From: the human T2T-CHM13v2.0 reference genome, Homo sapiens
Assembly: GCF_009914755.1 (NCBI RefSeq)
Contig: NC_060930.1
Length of the DNA stretch: 64,000 nt
Direction: 5' to 3' (one strand)
Part shown: positions 42,604-54,942 of the stretch, in pieces
Layout of the letters: every line of letters starts with the position of its first letter
Numbering within the stretch: the first letter of the stretch is position 1
Notes under the pieces: model-generated
Seen by the model: the letters and a program-made list of their open reading frames with translations, nothing else
What the model was told of the DNA's origin: nothing
The model's database searches: none
Translations under genes and position numbers: made by a program

Positions 42604-43155
42604 TTTTTAACCTTAAAGACCTTCAACCATTGTTTACTATAAAGGTAAACCTTGATCTTTTTGATGGGCTTACTGCTATGATTTCTGGTAGTGAGCACAG
42701 GCACCAGGGCCTGCAAATTTCTTGGATTCATAGCAACAGGGGTGAACCACCAGCAAGGTCTGGTGAGGGTGTCTTTGATCTCCTCGGAAGCCTCATCTAC
42801 ATATTTTGGGTAACAGGGTACCAGGGCTTTGGAGATGTACTGAAGGACAGCATAAATCTGAACCACATGACCACTACCCTTCACACGAACATGGATGTCC
42901 ATTCCAGCAAGCTGTTCCTTGTCCAGAAGCAGACCTAATTCCAGTAGCTTGTATTGCAGTGTGAGCAGCCTGATCATCTCCAGGGGCCCCTCGTTCATCC
43001 TGATGAAGCCACTGCCACATCTGCAGAGCACCACAGCTATGGCCATCTCCTTGTATGTGAAGATCTGCACAGACTGCAGCCAACGAGTCCTTAGATGGCA
43101 TGTCTCCAGGCATAGGTAAGAGCTCCTCATTGCACCATGCCACAACAGGAAAAGG
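42604..43155 (-). pseudogene. RPS16P5: Processed pseudogene of RPS16 (probably RPS16P5)
   Basis: Intronless. Starts CCTTTTCC (TOP-type 5' end), ATG at 43101 (MPSK...). Recognisable RPS16 peptides [44 protein letters not shown] with frameshifts. Short A tail; 13-bp TSD tgtctagcaattt at 42591-42603 and 43156-43168. The P-number is from memory. Confidence 0.92.
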
Positions 43156-45251
43156 TGTCTAGCAATTTGTATGGTCTGAGAGCTGCTGGTGTTCTACTCC
43201 TTCAGCTGGAAGCAAGGCAACTGGCCTTCTAAAGTCTCCTGCCCAGGTAAGCTCTTCATTTGTGAAACATTATGTATTCTCAGGCTATCAAGGCATACTC
43301 AGCTTCACACAGCCATTAGCACATATTATAGGACTGGTTATATTTGAAAGGTACATATGTATTTAGAGAAACATTCAGGCACGTAATTGCTAGATACCTA
43401 CACTATGTGCCAGATAAACATGGCAGACACTATGCAAAGCACTATACAGGTACAACCTCATCTAATTTTTAGGAATCAAGAAAACAGAGGCAAGGAGCCA
43501 AGGAGAAATTGTAGTTGTCCAGGAAGGATCTGACATGCTATGGAAGGCTGGGGCAATGTGGGGAAGGGGAATAAGCTTAGAAGGACAGAGAGTATGAATG
43601 AGTAATACTTGGTGACTGACAGTTGAGCAAAGTTTGGTAAAAGCATGGTTGATGAGAGAGGAGAACACAAGCATTGCTTCCAGCTTAATGGCTTGGGCAA
43701 ACTGGCGGAGGATGGTGCTCCTGACTACGTTGGCCAACAGGGGAGGTATGTGGGGCACCCAACGATGAAAAGTTATGAGTCTGGAGCTCAAAAGAAATAG
43801 ATGGGCTAGAAATAAATATCTAAGGGTGGATGGTGGGTGGGTGGATGGATATTTGAATCCATGGGGCAAGTAGATCATGCAATGAGATTTGGTCTTCTGA
43901 CAGTACTTTGCAACTGTTTGCCTACATTTTAAATTTAATACACCAGTCCCATTTCTTAAAAAGATGGTAAGTTCAAGCCTGAACTCTGTACCAGGGGGTC
44001 AATGAAAAGTACTTACCTTACTGTCACTTGTCACATCCAACTTCCCTTGGGTCACACTGAGCCTATTCTAAGCCCTTGCAAAGGAAACAAAAAGAAGCTG
44101 CTTTTGTTCCTACTCCTTGCAAAAGGAAGAAAAGGCAGCTGCTCTGAAAATGAAACCATCACAATATTTATCACATTCTCCTAGAAACATGAGGTCCTGG
44201 GATAATGTCTTTATGGGTCTCTCTGGAGAAGCTCAAAGGGCACCTGTTTCAAAGGGCAACTTCCTTCTTGGATGAAGCATCTTGTAGAGAAGACAATCAA
44301 TGGCCAAGGTAGGTAACAGACACCAAGATACTACACACGCCTCTAATGGTTCCCTTAAAGCCTGAGCTTAAGCAGTCTGGGCTCTACTTCAATCATATTC
44401 TAAACATCTAAACCAAAAGACTGCAATTGCAAATAACAGGGAGACAAATATTCAAAAGGCTTTTAAGCAACATTTTCTGCTACAGGCAACTGCTGATGGT
44501 TCTTATCTGAGCGCAGTCTCTTAACTGATGTGATTACTTGAATATTCAAAATAAATTATCATTTGAGGAAATTATCAATTGAGTTCTCCAACCTAATTTG
44601 TGCAAAGTATACAAAGGCAGTGATACCTTAAGCTGAAATTAAAAGACGGTGGAGAAACATAATAAAGATTAGTTATGCAACCCCCCAAACGAAAATGTCT
44701 TAAAAGATTTTAATTCAAGCCTGTGTAACATAAATAAGGCATATAACACAAAAACACATTTCTTTTTTAAAACTCAATCTACACGCCCACATTTTATAAC
44801 TGTTGTTTGGGTGTGAGGGTGAGTGAGGAGAGGGAGAAGCAAAGTTAAATGTGTAAAAAATGGGGGAAAATCCTGCTACAATACAGCATTTTTCAAAGGG
44901 ACACACAGTCTAGCAACTGTGTATTCATCTCCTCTATAGCATGTCTCTGAAACCAACAGTTGTTTTATCACCTGTTCAGATTCCATGTGAATATATAAGC
45001 CACCCCATGAATTTTGTGATTCTCTTATTTTAGGAATGCTGATACTTATAGCCATTACAATGTTGCCAAACCTAGTGTCCCACACCCAGAAAGAAAACTC
45101 AGTTCTGAAAGAGTCTAAGGATCCTAAGAGAACTGAAGGTGGTGGCAGACTTGTCTATAGCCTGAACACCATGGCCCAGCACAGTGGCCCTTAATGGGGC
45201 CTTGTATCAAAATGACTTAATGTCATTCTCTATCAGAATGTTTTCAAAATA

Positions 45252-46558
45252 TAGTCACGCATCGCATAATGACCTTTAAATCAACAATGGACCACATATA
45301 CAATGATACTCCTGTAACATTATAATGGAGCTGAAAAACTCCTATTGCCTAGTGACATCATAGCACAATAAAACATTTGTGGTGATGTTGGTGTAAATAA
45401 ACCTACTGCATAGCTAGACCTGTAACAGTATCACACATAAAATTATGGACAGTACATAATGCTTGATGCTGATGATAAACAACTATGTCATTGGTTTATG
45501 TATTTGGTATACTATACTTTTTTATCATTAATTGAGTGTACACCTTCTAATTACATATTTTAAAAAGTTAACTATGAAACAGCTTCAGATAGGTCCTTCA
45601 GGAGGTATTCCAGAAGAAGGCATTGTTGTCATAGGAAATGACAGCTCATGTGTGTTACTGCCCCTACAGACCTTTCAGTGGGACAAGATGTGGAGATGGA
45701 AGACGGTGACATTGATGATCCTGCCCCTGTACAGACCTAGGCTAATGTGTATGTTTGTTTTAGTTTTTAACAAAAAAGTTTAAAAAACTTTAAAAGGAGA
45801 AAAAAAGCTTGAAGAATAAGGATACGAAGAAATAAAATATTTTTTTTGCAGCCATACAGCCTGTGTTTTAAGCTAAGTATTATTACAAAAGAGTAAAAAA
45901 GTTTAAAAAATTTATAAAATAGAAATGTTACAATAAGCTACAGTTTATGTATTAAGGAAGAAAAATATATATTAAAATAATACATATTTTTAAAAAAACT
46001 TTTATTATAAATAAGTAGAGATGGAGTCTTGTGATATTGCCCAGGCTGGTCTTAAATGCCTGGTCCCACCTCAACCTCACAAAGTGCTGAGATTACAGAC
46101 ATGAGCCACCACACCTAATCAAAAAATATTTTTTATAAACCTAATGTAGCCTAAGTATACAGTGTTTATAAAGTCTAGAGTGTACAGTAAAGTCCTAGGC
46201 CTTCACATTCACTCCCCACTCACTGACTTACCCAGAGCAACTTCCAGTCCTGCAAGCTCCATTCATGGCAAGTGCCCTACATAGTTGTATCATTTTTTAT
46301 CTTTTATATTTTTACTATATCTTTTCTTCATTTAGATATACAGATACTTGCCACTGTGTTACAGCTAGCTACAGTATTCAGTACAGTAACTTGCTGTACA
46401 GGTTTGTAGCCTAGGAGCAATGTGGTATATCATATGCCCTATGTATGTGGTAACCATCTAGGTTTGTCTAAGTACACTCTATGATGAACACACAACAACA
46501 AAATTGCCTAAGAGTACATTTCTCAAAAAGTATTCCCATTGTCAAGCTATACATGACT
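45252..46558 (-). mobile_element. Tigger3/MER7 DNA transposon with a nested Alu monomer (~46015-46118)
   Basis: Reverse complement of the motifs in the 35745-37376 element: catctaggtttgtctaagtacactctatgatg, gcaagtgccctaca, cctttcagtgggacaagatgtgg. Confidence 0.85.
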
Positions 46559-48947
46559 TGTACGACTTGTACACCTGACTTACATTTTCACCCAAGGGAG
46601 ATCAGGCAATCTGGAGATAGAGGCTCCCTAAAGAATGTGAGTGTCTTTCCCTCCCGTCTGCATTTCTCTGAGCGTATATACCTTGTAAATCAAACCAGAT
46701 GGGGCTAGGACCGGGTAAGGAAACCAATGCTGGATGCCCTTGACCAGTCATACTAATCCAGCCACACTAGACCAGTCAGGCTAGTGAACACTGACTCAAC
46801 TGGGCTTTTGAACACTGATTTCTTACACTAACAATTGTAAGCTATTCAGTGTGTACGCTTCTGATTTTCCCCAAAAAAGAGATTTAAGTTCAAAATATCT
46901 AAAATAAGGAGTAATGGAAGAAACAAACGGTCACCCTTTCAAGTATTGATCATAAATGTTATTCCCTATTAGCTTTCTTTATCTAAACCTTTATTTAGTT
47001 ACTGTCAACAGAAGCTATATGTTGATTATACCGTCAGCCTCCCAGAATGTAACGATGAATAAGAAACTCAACCTTGTTTCCTCTCATGTATCTAAAGCTG
47101 CAAATACAAAGATCACTACTTAGGTCTGACAGGTGTACAGCACAGCAGGGTGGCCAAGATTAGAGTCTTTAAGCCAATCTGCCTGGGTTTGAATCCTGCC
47201 TCTGCCACCTACTAGCTGTGGATATTTGGACAAGTGACTTAACCTTTATCTTAGTTTCCTCATCTGTAAAATTGGGGTCCCTACCTCGTGGGCTTTTGTG
47301 AAGCCACAATGAATTAATACATGTTGAACACTTCAGAAAAGTGCCTATTATGTGGTACCAAGCAGCTATATTCAGTACCCATAGAACAGCTTTGTTCTCT
47401 TTAAAATTTGCAGAATATTCCGTTGCCCAGCTGTAGCATGATTTATTCTTTTCAAGGACATTTAGTCTACTAACTCTTCCAATCTTTTGCTATTAGAAAC
47501 AATGCTTCAATAAACATCCTATATAACAGAGAGATGTTTTTACTATGCTAATTAAATTAAGTCAGTGCCCCACCTAACTTTCATGTACAATACTGATAGT
47601 TTTAATACCCTCCAAAGTAGGCACAGGATTATCACCTTCCAAGTTCTACATAGATTCTAGGGTCTCAAGGAGGTAGAGTGACTTACCTGCTGAAGCCCAC
47701 GCAGCTGTTAAGTGGCAGAGGTGGAACCCCGCATAGGTGCAGGCTGCCAACCCAATCTGCTTCCCACAGCTGTCCTTACTTAAAAGAAGTACAGGAGGTA
47801 TTCTTTTAAATGCACCTCAGATCCATCACAGAGATTAATATGCAGAAGTTCGGACAGAAGCAAACTCAAATTTTCACACAGATGCTTCTAACAAATACAG
47901 CTGATGGAGGCGTCAACGACTTCAGTAAATATTGAAGTATTATTTCTTCTGCCAAAGACTGAAGCAGAAGTACCCTGAATACTACCCCTAGGGAGATACA
48001 TCACATTTCAAACTCCCCTGGAAGCAAATGAATAATTACTGAATTTGGTATCATGAGAACTATTCTTCAGGGAAGGAGAAATTCATAACACTCACTTTGT
48101 TGTAGCATTTGCTGTGCCAAGACCAAAGAGGAACAAGTACTACTCTGGGGTTCAGAAACTCATAAAACACAGACCTGAGTGGCCAATTCGCCAGCATGGC
48201 TTCAATTAGGTCTGTTCAGCATGGGCTTATAAGAGATTAATTCTGACAGGATGAAATTGTTGACATGAGGAAAAGGATGGGGTAAATGTGGAACTTAACA
48301 GAGATGGAACCTGTGCTCGCAAGAGGGTGCCTACCTAATATAACCATAAAGATTACAGTTTAAAATCACAGGTATATTTCAATAAAATTGTTATTCTCCC
48401 AATTAGAGAAAGCATGCCAGTATCAGCACTAAAAATCTTAAAATAAATCAGAAATTTTTCCCTAAATCCCAGTCAGCCAGCAGACATCAAATAAAAGGTA
48501 AAAAAGTCCAATCTAATAATAAGGAATACTAAGACATACTCATGCCTGAATGCAATTACAACTGTACTTCACACAGAACTGGCAGAAGAGGATGGAGGAG
48601 CAAGAGTGGGAATTTAGTCTTTCTAAAAGGTCACCAAGTATGAATATTTTAAATCCAGAGACTACACAATTCTAAAAGTGAATGCCTACAAGTCCACTAA
48701 AAATGTTACCATGGAGCAAACACGCCAGTGGGAACCAAAAAGGCTGGTAATAACATTTACGGGTTGAAACTGGGGTTGGTGGTGAGGGTTCCTATTGCAG
48801 AAACTGAAAATCAGGTCAGGATAGGCCAGAACATCTCCAGCAGTGATGTTTTAATCTCATAAAGAGAAAACCAGCAGCTTGCTGCTGCTGCTGCAATCTC
48901 CATCAACTGTTCTGACATTTTCCCTCCCTCCCTCCCTCCTTTCCTTC

Positions 48948-49245
48948 TTTATTTATTTATTTTGGGACAGAGTCTGGCTCTGTCACCCAGGCCGGAGTGC
49001 AGTGGTGTAATCACGGCTCACTGTAACCTCCGCCTCCTGGACTGAAGTCATCCTCCCACCTCAGCCTCCCAAGGAGCTGGGACTACAGGCATGTACCACC
49101 ACATCCAGCTAATTTTTGTATTTTTTGTACAGATGGGGTCTTGCCATATTGCCCAGGCTGGTTGCAAACTCCTGAGCTCAAATGATCTGCCCACCATGGC
49201 TTCCCAAAGTGCTGGGATTACAGGTGTGAGCCACCGTGCCCAGCC
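48948..49245 (-). mobile_element. AluJ
   Basis: Full dimeric Alu with (TTTA)n tail. Confidence 0.92.
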
Positions 49246-51261
49246 AACATCTACCTTTCTAAGATCTAAATGATCTCACTTTCATTCTCTATCCCTGGCC
49301 AAACAGAAACAAAACAAAAATAAAAAATAAAATTTGCTCTAGGCAAAAATGAAAATAAAATTTAATCTTTCATTTTAAAGGAAAAGAGACCAATGCTCAG
49401 AGTTGATTTTCTTCAAGTTAGGACAAGAAACCAAGGCAGCCAGATTCTATACAAGAATGAGGCACCCTACTTAAACAATCATGCCTTCCAATCTTCTCAA
49501 ATTACTTCAGTTTTAATAAACACACAAACATGTATGTACTTTACTATAAACCTGTAACGTGAAGCTACATGTGTTTTAATAACTATCATGGGAGCAGAGG
49601 TAACCCAGCTGGTGAAAGAAGCCCAGAAGCCTGGCTCTGCCAGCATCTGGCTGCACCACCTTTGGTAACATTGGGGCTTTCCTTTTCTCACCAGGGAAAA
49701 GTGTAGGAGGCATCCCAATTCTGTAATATTAAAATGTGGAAAGTTACCTGCAGTGATTTTAAGATGCCACTGATTATAAGCTCCATCTCTACCCAGATGT
49801 GAAATGTGAAAAGCTGACAATAGATGAAATGTGGTAGAAACATGTTCTTGCAGAAAGGCAACCAAAAAAATAGCTAAGACAAAGGTTGGCCGTGAAGAGG
49901 AGGAATTGGAAGAAACAGCTAGTCTGGATATCTATCTAGGCTGTGGGGCTATTTCCATCTGATCACAAAGCTCCCTCTTCTCTTTGGAAGAGTATCCCTC
50001 CTCTTGCTGGCCCTCAAATCCAACTGGTCTTCAAGTCTTATCCTGGACACAGTCTCTCACAATTACCTCTCTCAAGTCTGTGCTCATGGCTGTGGCTTCA
50101 GGTCAGGCCTTTTCACTGCCCTGGCCATCTCTAACAAACCCACAACAATCCACCCTACACTCTAACAAGACTGTCTTTCTGGAGCACAGCACTCATAATG
50201 TCCTCATTCTTATTCAAAAGCTTATTGGTGGTATTCTACCAAACACCTTAGGAGACGGAGCAGGCCAGGGTGTCAAGGTGATCTGAGCTGGAATGCTTTG
50301 TGACCCCAAATCAAGTGTCTAAACTCTGGGCCTTTTTCCACCTGTAAAATGGGAATGCTGTAGCATCCATTAATAATAGAAATAAGTCCTTGTGAGGGGC
50401 TCAGTGCAAGGTCTGACATACAATAGCTCAGTAAGAGTTAGCCATTATTATTACATCAATAACTTGCCTTTCTCACCTTTTCTTCCACTCCTGCCTTCTA
50501 AACCAGCTTCTGCCAATTGTGCTATTTGCTTTTTGCCCAATGATTCCACACTCGCTTACTCTCCAAACTCCCTCTTGCCTAGAACGCATGTCCTCCTATT
50601 CCTGCCTATCAACTAAGAGTCCTTTACAAAATGTAAGGCTAAATTCTAATTTTAATTCAAGTCAATTTAGTTTAATCCAATCATCCATTCGGTCCTTAAA
50701 ACAGACGCTGTAGCTGACTTCCTGTGTTCTGCAGGCCCTTCTTAAAGGTGAAGCAGCTAGCTGAGGAGATTTAACTCCACTTCCCTGGTTCTGGGATGGG
50801 CCCCCAGCTTATCAAATGTCCACTGTTCCAGTTATTGCTTCAAGTAACCAAGGCCTAAGTCAATCACCTTAAGGTAAAGGACTCTTTGGAGGGTGGCAGG
50901 AAGTCAGGGAATCCCCATGTGAGATTATGGTGGCAGCTGCTGTCAGTCATCTTGGAAAATCAGTCTAGGACATAACAGACATCTGAGGGGACTTCAGAGA
51001 AATGGAGCAAAAGTCCTGCCCTCAGGACTTTTCAGGTCAGATGCACAGGTAGGTCTCAGTTGGGTTTTCTGTTTCTTGCACCAAAAGCATCCTGACCAAT
51101 TCAGGAATGCTAGGCCCTTAACATGGATAGCTCTGCCATAAAGCTTTCTCAGATATAAAGATATAAGTGTCCCAGAAATCTGCTTCTGACTCTCTTTTGG
51201 TCCAAGGTGTAGATTAAGTATGTGTATACAGGCTTAAAGTATATACTAAATCAGGAAACCC

Positions 51262-51528
51262 TCTGGAATCAGGAACTGTTGTAATTCATCTTTGTATCCA
51301 GCCCCTCACACCCAAAATCAGTAACTGAGAAGTCAATGAATTAATTTAAAAAATGAATCAAGTGTGGGCTACAAGGAAGGGAACAGATTTTAATTCATCT
51401 GGAATCAGGAACTGTTGTAATTCATCTTTGTATCCAGCCCCTCACACCCAAAATCAGTAACTGAGAAGTCAATGAATTAATTTAAAAAATGAATCAAGTG
51501 TGGGCTACAAGGAAGGGAACAGATTTTA
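51262..51528 (+). repeat. Perfect tandem duplication, 2 x 131 bp (period 136)
   Basis: 51262-51392 and 51398-51528 are identical base for base, with a 5-bp spacer attca. Confidence 0.97.
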
Positions 51529-51761
51529 GACAGATTTAAGAGACAATAAATTGTTAGTCTTGGATGGATTAACAAGAACCTTTAAACACAAGGTTAGATT
51601 TTTAAGTTGTGGAGTAACAGTGTTACATAATGGCACAGAGCCCACTGGGCAAATAATCCTGGCAGCACAGGGATATATGAAGGAGCAGAGATGTTGCAGG
51701 AGACAGAGCTATAGGAATTTGGACAAGTCACTTGTCATCTCTAGGCCTTAATCCTAGAGAT

Positions 51762-52262
51762 TCTTTTTTATTTTTCTTCCACTTTAAGTTATGCGATACA
51801 TGTGCTGAACGTGCATGTTTGTTACATAGGTATACATGTGCCATGCTGGTTTCCTGCACCTATCAACCCATCATCTAGGTTTTAAGCCCTGCGTGCATTA
51901 GGAATTTGTCCTAATGCTCTCCCTCCCCTTGCCCCCCACCACCCGATAGGCCCGGGTGTGTGATGTTTCCCTCCCTGTGTCCATGTGTTCTCACTGTTCG
52001 ACTCCCACTTATGAGTGAGAACATGCAGTGTTTGGTTTTCTGTTCCTGTGTTAGTCTGCTGAGGATGATGGTTTCCAGCTTCATCCATGTCCCTGCAAAA
52101 GACACGAACTCATCTTTTTTATGGCTGCATAGTATTCCATGGTGTATATGTGCCACATTTTCTTTATCCAGTCTATCATTGATGGGCATTTGAGTTGGTT
52201 CCAAGTCTTTGCTATTGTAAATGGTGCTGCAATAAACATACGTGTGCATGTGTCTTCATAGT
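51762..52262 (-). mobile_element. Primate L1PA 3' end (older, about PA7-PA10)
   Basis: ctcccacttatgagtgagaacatgcagtgtttgg...ataaacatacgtgtgcatgtgtct. Confidence 0.93.
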
Positions 52263-54686
52263 GCTCCTCAATTCTTAAAAAACAACTGGGGGATAAAACC
52301 TCACAGAGGTGTTATAAGAATTACGTGTGGAAAGCAACCGTTTATGTACATGTGCGTATTAATAAGTACCTGACACAGAAAGCATTCAAGGAAAGACTTA
52401 TTTACAGGTAACTAATGAGAGGATTAGCCTTTTGATAACAGAAGAGCTGGTAGGCAAAGAGGAGGAATTAAAAAAAAAAATTACAAAATCTTTTAGGAGA
52501 GAAGAATGTAGCCAGGAAAGCAAGAGGTAAAACTCTCTCTTCACACTAACTACCCACCTAGGCACCAAAGTTACCCTCAAGAAAAGTAAACAGTTTTGCT
52601 TTGATTTGTGTAATTCAAGCTGGAAATAAGACACCCAAGGATGGATGCTCACCTCTAGAAGCAGGAAGACAAGCAACCATTATGCAGGGAGCAAAAGAAG
52701 AGGTAGTGGAAAAAAAGATTCTTGCAAACAGAACATCCAAAAATTAAGGTCTGTAACCAAGAAGAAGCTGTTGATTTCAGGGAATGGGAAGGAAACATTT
52801 TCAAACCACCATTTGGCAGACTCAATGCTGGGCTCTCATTTGCATTATCTCTTGAAATCCACAATGATCCTGCCACATAAAATCCCCATGTATAGACAAG
52901 GAAATTGAGTCAAGGAGGTGAGGTCAATATCTGAAGTTACAAGATATTTTTCTTGAAAAACATCAAATTTTAGTAAGCCTTCTACTGTCGCTTTTCAGCA
53001 AAGTTCTGTACTACATTCTGTAACATTACCTATCTGTAACTATCAATAAAAATTTCCCCTTTGTCTTCAATTAGAAATAGAAACGAAAATGCAAAAAGAG
53101 AAACAGTACAGAAAAAGTTCCTGGCAATAAGAAGTTAGAATCTAGGGTAAAAATCTAAAAGGAAAATGAGTAACATTTCCCTTTCAAGTGCAGAGCTTTC
53201 CTGGAGAATCCCAGGCAGTGTCTGAGCTACCAGAAAAGTAACCCACTTGTCCCCAATCACAGATGGAAGGCTAAAATGTTTGTCCACGGCCATCTAATGC
53301 AAAACCGCCTGTTTCTATCTGTAGATTCTGCACGAAATGCTTTTGGCTGAGACGTGCAAGCAAAACAAGTGCAGACCAACAGGTTATCTGCCAAGCGGTT
53401 AGGAGAATGAGTTACAAAACCTGACAAGCAACATCAGCTCTTCCGTACAATTCTATGAAGCACTTCCTGCCACGGGTCCCGCTATTTAAAACAAATTAGG
53501 CTGCTCGCTCCCCACAAATCCCATCTAGCACCTCTCGGTTCCTCAGTCTAGCTAATAAACCATGCACTGGATTCTTCCGAAAGAGACCCCCCGCCCCCGA
53601 CCCCGCCACCTCCGCCACTTTGCATAACTGGCCAAATGCATTCTCCAAATTTGCAATCAAGGAGCTTAATTCACAATTGTGGATGGGGCGGGGGGAACCG
53701 CCAAGTGCAAGAACACGGAACGGTTGCAAGACGCAGTTCAGCAAGAACAACTCTTGCTCTAGGCATTGCTCCGTCGACCCGAGGTGGTGGGGTGGGAGAG
53801 TCTTACCGGCGTGGAAACAGTAAAAAGGCACTTTTCCTTACAACTCGCAAGACAACACACACTCTAGCTCCCCCGGCGCAGAGCACAACCGCCCCCCCCG
53901 CCGCGCGCCTCCCTCGCAGCCAACCGCTCCCGCCTCTCCAGGGATCAGGCTCCCAGAAAGGGCCGCCCCGGTCGCCCCCGAGTCCCCGCCCTCTCGCTTT
54001 CCCACCAGCCTCATCCCTCCCTGAGTACCAAGGGCTGCCGTTGTCTGGTTTCAATAAAAACTGAAGCGGTCCCGAGCTAGCAGGCTTCCCTCCGAGGGGC
54101 GGACGGAAGGTCCGCAGGGTTAACGGAAGCGGAGAGAACAGGACAAAAAGGAAAGGCCGGAGAGTCCCCCCAGCGGCGCCCGGTGCCCGCAGACCCTCGC
54201 ACAGGCTCTTCGAACTCACCCGGGTTTCGCCGACTCCAAAGAAAGCGCGCTCCCTCCGAGAGCGCTCCCCCGGCTCTCCCGCCGCGCGCTCCGGCCCCCA
54301 GGGCGGGAGGACCCAGGCGGACAGATCCATCCCTCCGCGTCTGGTGTGGGCACGGTGTCGTGCCCCGCGGCGCCTGTCAGCGCGCACAGGTGGGACCGCA
54401 GCACAGAGAACGCTCCCGAGCGCCCTGCCTCAGCCTCGGCGTGGGGCGAGCCGCCCGCGCCCGCACCCGCACCCCTTTCCCCGCGCCCGAGGAGCCGGGC
54501 TGTACCCCGGAGCCGGCGGAGCTGGAGGCCGCGGGCGGAGCGCGGGTTGCCCCGGCAGCTCTTTCTCGGCACCAGGTCCGAGACCTAACGGCAGTTCTCT
54601 CTGACCGCTTCCCGGCCGCGCGCTCGCGCGGGTGTCATGGCCGAGCGGCGGCCCCCGACGAAGTTTCCCGGAGCTGACGGCTTTAC

Positions 54687-54825
54687 CTTTTAGCCCAAGG
54701 GGCGGCAGCAGCTTTGAGCAGCAGCAAGGCGGCGGCGGCGGAGGGAGCGCGGGTGGCAGCCGGCGCAGAGGCGGATGTAGAAGGAGACACCGGTGGCTAG
54801 GACCCGCGCGATGGGAAGAGGAAGG
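54687..54825 (-). other. ELOVL5: ELOVL5 non-coding exon 1 (5' UTR); TSS approximate (~54820-54825)
   Basis: Ends ...GCCCCTTGGGCTAAAAG|gtaaag (donor GT 54686-54685) and joins GTTTTCAAATG of exon 2 as in the ELOVL5 mRNA leader I recall. Lies in the CpG island and has no upstream ATG. Confidence 0.9.
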
Positions 54826-54859
54826 CGCCGGCTATCTACAATCAGAACGTGGGCTGACC

Positions 54860-54869
54860 GTGACGTCAC
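54860..54869. promoter_or_regulatory. Full palindromic CRE (CREB/ATF) site
   Basis: GTGACGTCAC, a perfect 10-bp palindrome with TGACGTCA core, ~40 bp upstream of the exon 1 start. Confidence 0.8.
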
Positions 54870-54883
54870 AATGGCGCGGCCAG

Positions 54884-54942
54884 CCAATCGGGACCCGAAG
54901 GATGAATCAAGCGCTATGATGTCATGCGGCCCGGGAGCCAAT
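54884..54942 (+). promoter_or_regulatory. Two NF-Y CCAAT boxes
   Basis: cagCCAATcgg (54884-54888) and gagCCAATcgc (54938-54942), both with NF-Y-type flanks, in the proximal promoter. Confidence 0.75.
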
